Shown in pieces: positions 12,625 through 24,123 of a stretch of DNA of 64,000 bases. The notes under the pieces are model-generated. The model saw only the letters and a program-made list of their open reading frames with translations. It was not told where the DNA came from and did no database searches. Both the position numbers and the translations under genes were made by a program. Each line of letters starts with the position of its first letter. Within the stretch, counting starts at the first letter, position 1. Origin of the DNA: Neovahlkampfia damariscottae (Eukaryota); the NCBI GenBank assembly GCA_016618085.1, contig JABLTG010000032.1:62001-126000 (forward strand), read 5' to 3'.

Positions 12625-13566
12625 TTAGAAATCATCAACTTCATGTTCCCATATTTTTTGTTCTTCTATTGAAAATCCATCTGCATCTACTTTTAATAGC
12701 AAACAACAGCATTTAACATGAACATAACCAATTGTAGAAACGAATAAAAAGGTAACAAAGAATTTCATTTCAAACATATTTCTTTCTTCCTTCATTTCAA
12801 ATTTTTCTAATTTTTCGTTTCTATCAAAATTTGCACCTTCTAAATCCCAAAGAATTTTCTTTTTCAGCAGTTCTTGTAGTATTTCCATTTTTGATTTTTG
12901 ATCAATTGAGATATCATAAACATCTTCACTGTATTGAAAAATCAACAACATCTTCAATAAATAAATTAATGACAGTTCTGATAAATATCGTTTTTCAATA
13001 AAGTTGATGATTTCTAAATGGAACATTGGTCTAAAATCAAAATATTTTTCAGTTGATTCATTTGTATTCAATGATAATTCATGTAATTTTTGATTTATAT
13101 CTGTTAAATCCATTGACTGATTTGTGATATCGATACCCCAAAAATTGCTCATCAAATAAATCTTTGAATTTGAATCAATAAAATAATATTTGTGAACACT
13201 TGAGACATAACACACATCTGTTGAATAAATTTTGTTTGAAATTAAATTTTGTTCAACAAAGGTCGGATTTCTAACACTTCCTGTTGGAACATCTTTTGAT
13301 AAAAACGAAAGTGGATGAATCTTTTTTTCATCGTATTTAATGAATTTTCGTTTGAATTTTCTTTTTTTGTATTCATGTTTCCAATTGATTTCAATTTTTT
13401 GGTTAGAAAACTTTTTTGGTTTTTTGGTGAGAAATTTATCAAGTTGTTGTTGATAGAGCACTTCTTTTTGTGATGTCTTATGAAATAATTTTGATACAGT
13501 TGAAATTGTCAATACAAAATCAAGTTCAAGAAATGAAAAAATAACAAACAATACATCCTCATGCAT
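12625..13566 (-). CDS. F-box protein
   Basis: MHEDVLFVIFSFLELDFVLTISTVSKLFH is an F-box consensus. True ATG is 13566; the ORF-track extension runs through the tRNA. Confidence 0.7.
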   Translation of the reverse strand: MHEDVLFVIFSFLELDFVLTISTVSKLFHKTSQKEVLYQQQLDKFLTKKPKKFSNQKIEINWKHEYKKRKFKRKFIKYDEKKIHPLSFLSKDVPTGSVRNPTFVEQNLISNKIYSTDVCYVSSVHKYYFIDSNSKIYLMSNFWGIDITNQSMDLTDINQKLHELSLNTNESTEKYFDFRPMFHLEIINFIEKRYLSELSLIYLLKMLLIFQYSEDVYDISIDQKSKMEILQELLKKKILWDLEGANFDRNEKLEKFEMKEERNMFEMKFFVTFLFVSTIGYVHVKCCCLLLKVDADGFSIEEQKIWEHEVDDF

Positions 13567-13648
13567 TTGACCAAGAAAACTTTGATTGGTAACAATTCCA
13601 AAAAAAAAATAAAGTTCAGTTTTTCTCATTAATCTCAAAAAGAATATT

Positions 13649-13730
13649 TGATTACTGTGGGGTTCGAACCCACGCCCACGAATGGACAGGAACCTTAATC
13701 CTGCGCCTTGGACCGCTCGGCCAAGTAACC
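13649..13730 (-). tRNA. tRNA-Leu(AAG)
   Basis: Minus strand GGTTACTTGGCCGAGCGGTCCAAGGCGCAGGATTAAGGTTCCTGTCCATTCGTGGGCGTGGGTTCGAACCCCACAGTAATCA: acceptor stem, A and B boxes, AAG anticodon, long variable arm, downstream T-run. Confidence 0.95.
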
Positions 13731-13804
13731 GTTGTTGCAATAGGATTAGAATTTATTAATTCCTTTAAAAAATTGTAAGATAAAATTCTTTAAAAAAACA
13801 TTGT

Positions 13805-14860
13805 TTAAAATTTGTTAATACTCTTTTCTATCATGTTAGCAGCAGCTGTTGGTCGATTGATTGTGTTGGCAATTTTGAAATCACCTAAAACACAGCTCCA
13901 AATTCGCAAATAGATCAAAACAAATGTCGTAATTGTCAGACTCATAATTGAATGAACTCCACCAAAGCTTGATACTACTCCAAATAAAGAATCAACTCCA
14001 AAAGTGCCTTCAGTGATGGAATGAAGAAAATCACCATCCATTTTAACTTGAGTTCCATAACATCCATCATTGGCACAATCAAAATTTGGTACTGGAGCTT
14101 GAAATGAAGTTCTATCAGTTTCTAAAATATTGGATGAATTTTGTCCGATGAATTTCTCATCATACTTTGCTTTTATCACTAATGAAAATGTTTCATAGAT
14201 GGCTTCTCCAGGATAAAATGAATTTAAATAACTGACTGGTTCATAAATATCAAATCTCTTTGTATAATTCTCAACCTTTACGAACATTAATGATTGACTT
14301 GTCAAATTGTCAAATGAAATCAATAATTCTTACTTGAAAATCCTATTTCCGATGACTTCAATCCTATTATTGGAATTTGATGTCTGAGAAGTTTGATATA
14401 AATCACCAAATATCAAACCATTGTCATAGTCTGCACCTGGATTTTTTGTGAAAATTAAGTAAGTAAAGTTGTAACAAAATCTGAAAGTTTGATGAACTGT
14501 TCCTGAAACTACAGTTGGTTTTATGTGACACGGATCTGATAAATCTGATGGATATTCCACAGGTTCTCGTTCTTTTGAATAAATCAAAGTTGGTCTTCCA
14601 TCTGCAGCAGCAAGAGATAAATCAAATTGTGCTTGTTCAGGAATGTTAGAGGTTTGTAAGAAATTTAGTTTTGTTTTTTCAACATTTCCACCAAGAGCAG
14701 GCAATAAAAATAGTATTACCAAAAAAATGAAAACAAACAATGCGACTATTGGATACAATACAGTGAAAATAAGACCAAGGACAGATCCTTCTTGTTGTTT
14801 TGGTAATTTCCAAATATCTACGAAGAATATGTAGCTGAAGTAGGTTTTTGCTTTCTCCAT
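13805..14860 (-). CDS. Two-TM protein with large ectodomain (single module, ENaC/PAC/ERGIC-like topology)
   Basis: TM1 after DIWKLPKQQEGSVLG; TM2 around VSSFGGVHSIMSL; intron 14298-14333 joins two ORFs in frame. Confidence 0.65.
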
Positions 14861-15040
14861 GACTAACTTACTCCTTCAAAAAACAAAAACCAAACGGACA
14901 AATGATTTTTATTGGACAATTTCAATTGATTTTATTCATTTTCATGTTAAAATTCGTAGAAATAAAACAATTTTATTGTGCCCGTTAAGAACTATTTTTA
15001 TCCACCAATCACAACTTTTTCTCGTCCAACCAAAACTGAA

Positions 15041-17217
15041 ATGAAACAATTAGCGTCAAATGTTGCTTTCATTGATTTTTACAAAGAGAAGAATAGTCAC
15101 CCAGGTACACCTTGTGGTGTCTTATTCACCTTCTTGATTATAATTCTTGGTGCTTTGACACTTTCGTACATCCTTGCGGACAGTTACTGGAATCCTGAAT
15201 GGAGCAATCCTTTTATTGGAAAAAAAACAAAGACACTTGTGCAAAATATAGATTTAAACACTGCAACTAGCGACATACTGCCTAAAATAAACTACAAATG
15301 CAATGGAAACTCTTGTCTGATTTATAAAATTGGTTCAAGTGGTGGAGAGTGTTATACTGATGAAATGTGTAATGGAGTTGTTTTTCAATCCACCTATACT
15401 GTTACTTTACAACCTGGTTATCACTATTCCATTGTTACAAGAAGCAACGTGGCAGCAGATGCGAAAACAATAAGTTATGGTTCACTGGAATTCCAATCTG
15501 GTTCTTTCACTTCTATTCCTGGTGTCAACTCCTCACTGTAAAAAACAAAAAAAAAATTTAACTTTTTAACTTTTCAAGTTCCAGAGTCATGAAATTAGAA
15601 TTGACAGAAGATGCTCAAGTCAGCGAATATGGTGTAAAACATGGTAAAAAATATTTTGGAAAGTAGACTTTTGAATTTTCTTTTACATTTTTTTAGATTC
15701 TCTCTTTTTCCTTATTTCACTTCACAAGATACCACTGCTTCAATTTATCAAACAGCTGTTGATAAAAGAGCTTCAGTAGCTTCAGAATTTTCGTGTATTT
15801 CAGGTAGTTGTTTCAGTATCAGATTAGAAGTTCTTCAGTTCATGCAATCAATTCAACATCACTCCAATCATGTTCATTTTTTGAATTGGATAAGTAAATT
15901 TGGGAGTTTAATATCACTTGAATATATCATATTGTACGTAATTATACTTATTATTTTAGCAATTGTCAATGGAATTGTCAAAATTACTAAGAATGAAAAA
16001 TTGAAAAGATACATTTTATTATCTCCAGAAGATCCAGAAAAACCATCTTTTTTTCATAGAATTTTGAATTTAGAATTATTTAGAGATACACCTTCACAAA
16101 GCGGAACTTTTTGTGGCGTATGTTTGACCATTTTATTTCCAATCATTCTAGTTCTTCTAGCAGTCTTAGTTGTTTTTTTCAACTACGAAAGGAGAATTTA
16201 TAACCTAATCAATGATCAAGGATTTGTACCAGAATATGTTTCAGATTTTGAAACTATTGCTACAGAAGGAAATATCAAATATGATATGTTTTATAGATGT
16301 AAAACTGTTGGAGGATGTTATGTAGCAACAATATTAAAAACTGATTTGGATAATGGAAATTTTGGTGATGTCAAAGTTGCAGCATTTCTCAATGAAAGTG
16401 ATCAAATCAAAGTGACATTAGATTCAAATCATTATTATTATATTTTTTTACAATCACCCAATAGAGTTGCACAATATGAATCTCTTTATGAATTTGGAAT
16501 GTTCAATCCAACTCAATTTCCGGAAAATCAAGATGACCCAAATGATCCAAATAAATTTGAAGTACTTTTGTTTCGTTCTGATAATAAGAGAACAACTGCA
16601 GGAAATACGTAAGTCAAACTATCATCAAATTCACAATTTTCAGAGTGTCTCGATCATTAATAGCAACAAAAAAAGAAATTAAAGTTGATGAAAGTGGAAA
16701 TGAAATATCAACTGCAAAATACACTCTCAGTTCTCAAAGTGATGAATTTTTTGTAGATTCAAGATTATCACATCAAAGATTTGCTGATTTGATCAAAACC
16801 AATCTTTCATTTTGTAGTTTATCATCATGCTTTACTTTGAGATATGAACTAGAATCTACGACGATAGTACTCAAAGAATATCCAACAGAAAAACGTTGGC
16901 TGACTCTTTTAACGATATATGGTGGTTTATTTTCACTCACCAAATCCATTTTCCAAACTATGATTATTTTTTATGTTGGATTGAGATTTTACCTGAATTC
17001 AATTTATCGTATGATATTCCCAAAAGAAGAAACTGTTGAAGATGAAAATTCTATTGAAATGAAGGAAATTAATGTCGAAGAGAATGTATCAACAATGCAG
17101 CAGAATAAAGAATCCAGTTCCATCACAACAAAGACAACAAATGTTCATGTAACAAAGTCGACAAGTGTACCAGAAATGTCATCCATTAAAGTGGAAGAAA
17201 GTGAAGAAACAATCTAA
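15041..17217 (+). CDS. Four-TM protein made of two tandem copies of the same module
   Basis: Introns 15538-15578, 15663-15696 and about 16609-16643 give one frame. Repeated motifs DFYKEKNSHPGTPCG / ELFRDTPSQSGTFCG and SCISGSCF / FCSLSSCF. Confidence 0.65.
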
Positions 17218-17286
17218 AAATTTTATATCATTTGATTGGACATTTTTTTTCACCCAATTAAAACATTTTTCACATTCTTGAACAAG

Positions 17287-17538
17287 ATGGATGTTACTTT
17301 GGATCCATGGGCAATTTTCCTCATTGTGATGGGTGTTACTTTGATGATTGTGTTCATTATTGGAGTTGTAGCTATTTTAATAATATCCTGGGTTGCTACT
17401 CATTTAATCAACAAAATTGAAGAACAAAACGAAAAAGAAGAATTTGAAGATGAGATACAACTGAAAGTTGATCCTTCTAAATATTCAAATTTAAAAGACG
17501 AAGAAACGAACACTGAAAACTTGCAATTTGATGTTTAA
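17287..17538 (+). CDS. Small single-pass membrane protein
   Basis: MDVTLDPW followed by a long hydrophobic run and an acidic tail; ATTGG upstream. Confidence 0.5.
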   Translation: MDVTLDPWAIFLIVMGVTLMIVFIIGVVAILIISWVATHLINKIEEQNEKEEFEDEIQLKVDPSKYSNLKDEETNTENLQFDV

Positions 17539-17643
17539 AAAAACACAGACAAAACATAGAGAACAAAAAACAAATAAATTTAAAAATAAAGATTTTATAT
17601 CAACGAAAAAATTGTGCTTTATCCAATTGGCCCATTTTTTTTT

Positions 17644-19831
17644 ATGTTCAATCTCCGCTCATTGTTTACAAAAAAAGAAAAAAATCTAGTTGGAATTGTC
17701 ATAAATATACAACAGATTGAAGATTTTGAATCATATAAAAATCTTCAAATCACTTGTAAATGTACAAAAACCAAAGTGTCTCAAAAAATTTCTTTAAAAA
17801 AAAGTGCAGCTGATTTATTGAACGAAATTGTTTTTTTGAAAGTACTTCTTTGTACTATTTTTAAATTTATTTTTCAGGTTTCTGACATAAACGATACAAT
17901 TATCATTGAAATTGGAATGAAAACCTTGTTATCAATTCAATTGCTCTCTTCTGTTGAAGTAAGTTTGAATAACATATTTGTGGGAATAAAACGTGAATAT
18001 AAATTGAATTTAAAGCCAGTAAACAAAATTTTAACACTAAAAAAAGAAATTTTCAGTTTGGAAAAATCAAATTTTCTTTTGAAAGTTTTAATTTCGGAAA
18101 TGAGTCTAAATCAGCAACAGAAAGGGAATTAGATAATGATATAATTGAAAATGATGATAATGAAAATGAAAATCAAACAAAATCATTGATGGATGCCAAG
18201 CAAACAAAACAAGAAAAATATCTAATCGTAAAATTACTTGGAAAAGGAGGTATGGGCGAAGTATTTGAAGCCATTGAAAATTCAACAAGAAAAAGAGTTG
18301 CTCTTAAAAAAGTATATTGTAGAACAATAGAAGAAATGAACCACGCATTGAATGAATCTCTATTGACAAAAAATTTAACACATGAAAATTTGGTGCAATA
18401 TTATGATATGTATTTCGATCAAAAGTCAAAAAAGAAACGAATTTTGTGTCTGGTAATGGAATTTTTGGAGAATGGTGATTTGCAGCAGCTATTACAAAAG
18501 AAAATAATTCAAGGCTCATTTCTCACTGAAAAGGAATTGCTTGATTATTTCAAGCAAATTCTGAAAGGTTTAGTTTATTTTCATTCCAAAAATTTGATTC
18601 ATCGTGATTTAAAACCTGAAAATTTTTTTTTAACGAGTGAGACAAAAAATTTTTTATTCTAATTTTAGATGATTACAAAACTTTAAAAATTGGAGATTTT
18701 GGATTGATAAAACCAGAAACAGATGAATCAAAATCAACGGCTGGAACTAATGTATTCTTTTATTTTGACTGATTTCAATAGAGATATATGTCACCTGAAG
18801 TAATGGCTGGAAGAGAAACTTACAATAAAAAAGCTGATATTTGGTCATTGGGATGTTCATTTTATGAAATGATGATATTATCACTTGATTATACATTATA
18901 TATCGATTTGTTCCTAAATGAAGATTTCTATAAAAACATTGAACAAAAAATCACAAAAAATTATTCAAAAAAATACTCAAAATTGATTATTGAATTATTA
19001 CAAAAAAATCCAGAAAAAAGACCATCTTCAGAAGAACTTTTGAAAAAAATTGAAAATTTTGATGATCATTACAATGATGATGAAGAAATTGAAAAATTGA
19101 AAAATGAAGATTGTTTTGATATGGAACTTTTGGAAAAAGTTTCATTTTTGAAAAATGCTTCAAAAGAATTGATTCAATCATTAGTTTCAGCTTTGAAACC
19201 GAAATTGTTCAAAAAAGGAGAAAACATCATAAAATTTGGTGATGAGGGAAATTGTATGTATTTCATTAACAAAGGAATTTGCACGGTCACTTCTGGTGAC
19301 GGAAAGCAAGTGTTTAATGTATTATCAGAAGGTTCTTTCTTTGGTGAATATGCTATTCTTTATCCTTTAAAAAGAACAGCAAATGTAATGGCATCATGTT
19401 CATGTGATTTATTTGAATTATCCAAAAATGATTTTCATATTATTTTGAAAGAATTTCCAGAATTCGAATTGGGAATTAGAAGATTTGGACTTGGTTTAAT
19501 CTTAAAAAGAATTATGTTTTTCCAGTCTTTTAGTGAAGAAGACTTGGATGAGTTTGCAACTTATTTCACACCTCGCAGTTTTTTGACAACTGATATTGTG
19601 ATTGAAAAGGAACAAAAAGGTGATTTAATTTATTTTGTTTACAATGGAAATGCTGCAATTATGAATGAAGAAGGGATGATTCAAAAAATTTATCATAACG
19701 GAGATGAATTTGGGTCTGAAATTTTAACAGAATCAAGATACAATGAATCAGTAATTTCTTTGACATGTTTAGATGTAATAGAGATATCTACTGATGATTA
19801 CAAAAAAATCACTGCTAAAACTGCTTCATAA
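17644..19831 (+). CDS. Ser/Thr kinase (NEK-like) with possible N-terminal C2-like region and two C-terminal cNMP-binding domains
   Basis: GKGGMG, VALKK, HRDLKPEN, spliced KIGDFG, YMSPE, DIWSLG; FFGEYAIL..KRTANV cNMP cassette; several introns. Linkage of the first exon is less certain. Confidence 0.8.
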
Positions 19832-20182
19832 TATAAATAAATTGATTCATTTTTTTATTCACCAACATTGATTCATAGATCTTTTAAGTTTCGAATTTAA
19901 TTTCTATTTTATTCCCATTGTAGTCAAAAAAAAAGATTCCACTTGATATCAAAATCAGTTTCAAATTTTTTTTATTTGTATTTGGAAATATGGAATAATA
20001 AAAAATTGAGAAAGAATGAAGGTTTATTTTTGAGATAGAATTCCAAAATAACCAGGTTTGGAATTCTTAAATAATATTTGTTTGAAGAATTCCAATCCAG
20101 GACTTCTGAGATCCAAGCATTTGTTAAGCGGATATTTTTGAATTTTGACAATAAGTCCTTGACACTTGAGTTGATTGTGATG

Positions 20183-20293
20183 AAGCAAGTAAAGTACATT
20201 GCCCCGCCTATTCTAGGACGCTACGCTCGGTTCTATGTACTTTACTTGCTAGTGCTGGCAGAATTGTGTGATTGGAGTTGGATCATAGAGGGG
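20183..20293 (+). repeat. Left copy of about 110-bp GC-rich inverted repeat with internal 16-bp hairpin
   Basis: AAGCAAGTAAAGTACATTGCCCCGCCTATTCTAGG... matches the reverse complement of about 21149-21262 with few mismatches. Confidence 0.9.
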
Positions 20294-21148
20294 ATTAAAG
20301 AATTTTTTATTCATTTTTGATTTCAACAATTAAAAAATCTGCATATTCACGATCTGGTTGTTGATTAATAAACCTGCAAGAAGTTAGATAAAGTTGAAAC
20401 GCAACTCCATACAATCTCATTAATTTTTCTTTATTTGTGTTCACGTTTTCAACCTCTTTCCAAGCCATTTTTTCTAATTTCAAATGTTTTAACATATAAC
20501 CATTCATTGTAAAATAATTACGGAATTTTTCCGCAAAGGTATTGAAGTTTTTAATTTTTTCATTGGTACAAGAAATTGTTCCATTTTTAGTGACCTTGAA
20601 TGTTTTGGTGAATCTTGAATATAATCATTGTTCATTTTAAGGAGGATATCATTATAATCGAGCTCTGGTTCTGAAATTTTTTGGGAAATTAAATTTTCAT
20701 TTTCTGAATTATCAAAATTCATAACTTTACTGTCGACAATTCTGAAGAAACAATCACTTTTCAATTTCTCAGAAGATCAAAAGATGATGATAATTATAAA
20801 GATTTTTGCAAAGAAATAACCAATAAATGGAAAAATTATGATGATTTAGCTAAGGAAAATTGGAAAGATTTTCTTGAATAACCAAATTCCAACAAATAAA
20901 TATTTATTGGAAATTTTTACTTGTTTCAAAGATTTTAGTCACTCAACATTTTCACAAAAATTAAACAATTATTGATAATAATAACATAGCCTACAAATGT
21001 TTTACTTTTAGTTTTTGATCATCTGCTAATTCTTTTCAAAACAAATCAAGAATCAGAAAACCTTAAAATAGAATGGAAGGTTGGTAAAAAAAATATGAAA
21101 GTCGAAACAAAAAAAGTAAAAAAAAAAAATACAAAAATTTTTACCATA

Positions 21149-21262
21149 CCCCTCCCCTATGACCCAACTCCAATCTCACAACTCTGCCAGCTCTAGCAAG
21201 TAAAGTACATAGAACCGAGAGTAGCGACCTAGAATAGGCGGGGCAATGTACTTTACTTGCTT
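21149..21262 (-). repeat. Right copy of the inverted repeat
   Basis: Reverse complement of 20183-20293; same 16-bp arms at 21195-21210 and 21246-21261. Confidence 0.9.
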
Positions 21263-21386
21263 GTAATGTTCTACATAATATAACCCATCAGTTTCGTTAG
21301 CAACAGGAATTACCGGACTTATTTTACACGTATGCTAGCCAATGAGCATCGACAAACATAGACCAATCATAATAAACCTTTACCCT

Positions 21387-21872
21387 CTAAGTAAGAGTGA
21401 GTACTAATACCCCATATTCTCTTTCTCTTTCAGTTTTGTTGAAATAAACATGTGTGGAGGCAAATTCAGATGTTTGTACACAACTTTCATCTTCTATGTA
21501 TCCTCCTATTTCTCCAGATGGCATAGAACCACAATATGGAGCAGCAAATAAACGAACTATAATACCCTTTTCTTTAATCTTTGGGAGTCCATTCTCACAT
21601 TCAGTTTTTGAGCCAACATTACAAAAGTTGATCGGTTGGACCATATATTGATGGCACTGTGAACAATCTTGGGTACATATATCAACTTTGAAATGTGTTG
21701 CGTTACAGTTTGTCAATGTTTGACTGTTAATGCATATGTTGGTTTGTTGAAACATTCCATGATCTTGTTTTCCTGTACAATCACCAGAACGGTAGAATCT
21801 ATTTATCAAGAAGTTTCCTTTTGAAAATACAGAAAAACAAAATAAAAGAAAGATGAGTTGTTTGAGCAATGA
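21387..21872 (-). pseudogene. Cys-rich secreted-type protein, probably disrupted
   Basis: Signal-like LLKQLIFLLFCFSVFS begins at TTG rather than ATG; regularly spaced Cys; the frame runs into the GC-richer block at about 21420 and stops. Confidence 0.45.
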
Positions 21873-22003
21873 GTGAGCAGAATAATTCTCCAAAGGTATT
21901 GGTTCACTAAAAATAACAACCAATCCAAACAATTGGAAGGTCATTTGGATTCAATTTGGAAAACTATGAATTTTATGCAAAATATTTTCTGGGTGCAAAA
22001 CTT

Positions 22004-23010
22004 TTATAACTTTGAACGAACAGTGAAGCTATCTTTTAATGCATCTTTCATAATATTTTTCCCATTAAATGCTTTGATCTTTAAATAAGCATCTACTGAT
22101 TCTCTGACAATCGTTGAACTTTTTTTAGTCAAATCACCAACTTCTTCACCATATTTAAATGTCATGATATCCACTGTCGCATCTGAAAGACTATCTGCAA
22201 AACTATTCGCCAATTTCTCTTTTGATTTCGAAATTCTGCTCATTCCACTTGCTGTACTTTTAACAATCTTCTTCAATATTTCGAGTCCTTCTGCTGATTC
22301 TGTGTCTGAAGATGGTGATTCATCAGATAATGATTTCTTGATTGGTTTAATAATATTTGAAATTGTTGAGGCACTATTTGAAACAATAGTGTCATGCATT
22401 TTATCAGTAAATGAGTTTAAAGAATGACTTAAAGCTTCACCTGCTTCAATTGTTGTTTTTAAACTTTCATTGACTTCTATTGGAGTATCACATTCAGAGA
22501 TATTTTCTTTGATTTTTTTGGTTGTATTTTTTGCACTTCTTGTTATTTCAAATGAAGCTACATTTAAGGCAGAAGCAAAAAAATCAGAAGAAATATCAAT
22601 TACATCGGAAACATTTTGACCAACAGAAATCCAAGCTGATTTTTCTTCATCCTCTAACTTTTTTCCAGCTCTTTGAATAAAAATTCTTAAATTAGTTTTG
22701 ATAGATAATAAAATTTCAAATTTATGAAGTTGTTCATTTAAACTTTTTTTTTTTAATTTTTTTTTTTTTTTTACTTTGGAAATTCAAAAATAAAATAAAC
22801 GTTTTTGTATAATATTTTAAAGATACAACTGGACATTTTCATAACCAATAATTCCTTTGTCAAAGGAATAGAAAATTTATCCATTTGGATAAAAATACTT
22901 GTGTTGTGTGAAATTTCTTTTTTTTTTATTATTTTGACATCAACATCTTTTTTAAATGTACCTGGTTCTTGTTTCACAAATACTTCTTCAAAAGTGTACA
23001 GTACTTCCAT
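22004..23010 (-). CDS. Senescence/spartin-domain protein
   Basis: Amphipathic helical C-terminus ending DATVDIMTFKYGEEVGD (compare spartin/ERD7 HKYG.EAG); intron about 22743-22774. Confidence 0.65.
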
Positions 23011-23086
23011 AAATATAAAGAATTATCCAATCATTTTTCTTCCAAATAATTTGTCATTTGAAAACAAAGTTTTATTTTTGGAGTGT

Positions 23087-23962
23087 TTAAATTTGACCAC
23101 TATAGGTATTTCCACCAGATGAATAATTATTTGATCCTCCAATTGTTCCACCATACGTATTGGCACCTGAAGAATAATTATTTGAAGAACTTCCACTATA
23201 AGTATTTCCTCCTGAAGAATAAGTTGTTGATCCACCATATTGATTTCCACCTCCAATAGTACCACTATAAGTATTTCCTCCAGTTGAATAATTTGTGTTG
23301 TTTCCGCCACCTCCAATAGTACCACTGTAGGTATTTCCTCCAGTTGAATAATTGTCATTTGCATAATATCCAGCATTGTAATTTGAGCTGTGAATGTCTA
23401 CATATCCAGAACGATTTCTTCTTCCAAAACAAATTGCAATTCCGATACATAAAAGAATACAAAGACAGACACCACCACCACCAATACCGACAGTAACACC
23501 ACCACCAATAATTCCTCCGTTGCTATTTTGAACAGTGTATTGTTCAGCGGTTATTCTGGCATTAATACTGTTTGTAGCACTTGGGTTGACAACAGCAAGT
23601 AAACAGAGTTTTCTGATGTTTATTGTATCTTCATAAAAAATACTTGAACCTTTTGCCAAATAATTAAAAGGATTTCCTGATCTCAACTGTGAAAAAAAAA
23701 TCAATCAAAAAAAAAAAAAGTACTTTGTCAAATTCTGCTTTTGTCAATAAAAATACATCACAAGCAGCATTACATGTGACTTTTGTTCTGATTTGTTTGG
23801 AATAAGTCGCAAAATCAACACCCTGAAAAAGTATAAGATTTTTAACATCAAAAAGTGTACAAAATATCCTTTTGGGTTGATTTTTTGATCATATTTTCTG
23901 ATTGTCCATGCTGAAAATACAAAACTTACAAATAATAAAAATGATGCAAGTGTCAACTTCAT
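23087..23962 (-). CDS. Type I membrane protein with G/Y/S/N-rich repetitive cytoplasmic tail
   Basis: Signal MKLTLASFLLFVSFVFS, introns, TM GGGGVCLCILLCIGIAICF then RRNR, then YSTGGNTYSG repeats. Confidence 0.65.
23100..23355 (-). repeat. Coding tandem repeat (GGNTYSG units; best copies have a 60-nt period)
   Basis: ccacctccaatagtaccact.tagtatttcctccagttgaataatt-like unit at about 23247 and 23307, with degenerate copies to the left. Confidence 0.85.
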
Positions 23963-24123
23963 CAGTAAACTGTAACCAATCACGATGCTTTATTTTTAGT
24001 CCAATCACCAATTTACATAGAATTGAACGATACAAAAAATAAATCAGACAGAAAAAATTGATCCTCACCATTTCTGATAATTTAAAAATTTTTGAGTTTT
24101 TTTAACCAATCATTTTTCTTTGT

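Larger units (their letters stand above)
20183..21262. mobile_element. Putative non-autonomous TIR element or rearrangement remnant carrying gene fragments
   Basis: Inward-facing long inverted repeats; near-direct flanks ttgtgatg / ttgtaatg; interior holds only broken ORF fragments; no transposase recognised. Confidence 0.4.

Noticed and set aside
13567..13740. N-terminal extension of the 371-aa ORF
   Set aside because: It reads through the tRNA-Leu gene from a non-ATG start; the F-box begins at ATG 13566.
20078..20320. 80-aa ORF across the left inverted repeat
   Set aside because: Non-ATG start, no recognisable motif; likely a chance frame through repeat DNA.
21130..21420. Possible snRNA or SRP RNA (Sm-like AATTTTTG on the minus strand)
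   Set aside because: No U1/U2/U4/U5/U6 or SRP signature found, and the Sm-like site is not conserved in the second copy.
23100..23355. Regularly spaced repeats resembling a CRISPR array
   Set aside because: In-frame coding repeats without unique spacers, eukaryotic context, and no cas genes.
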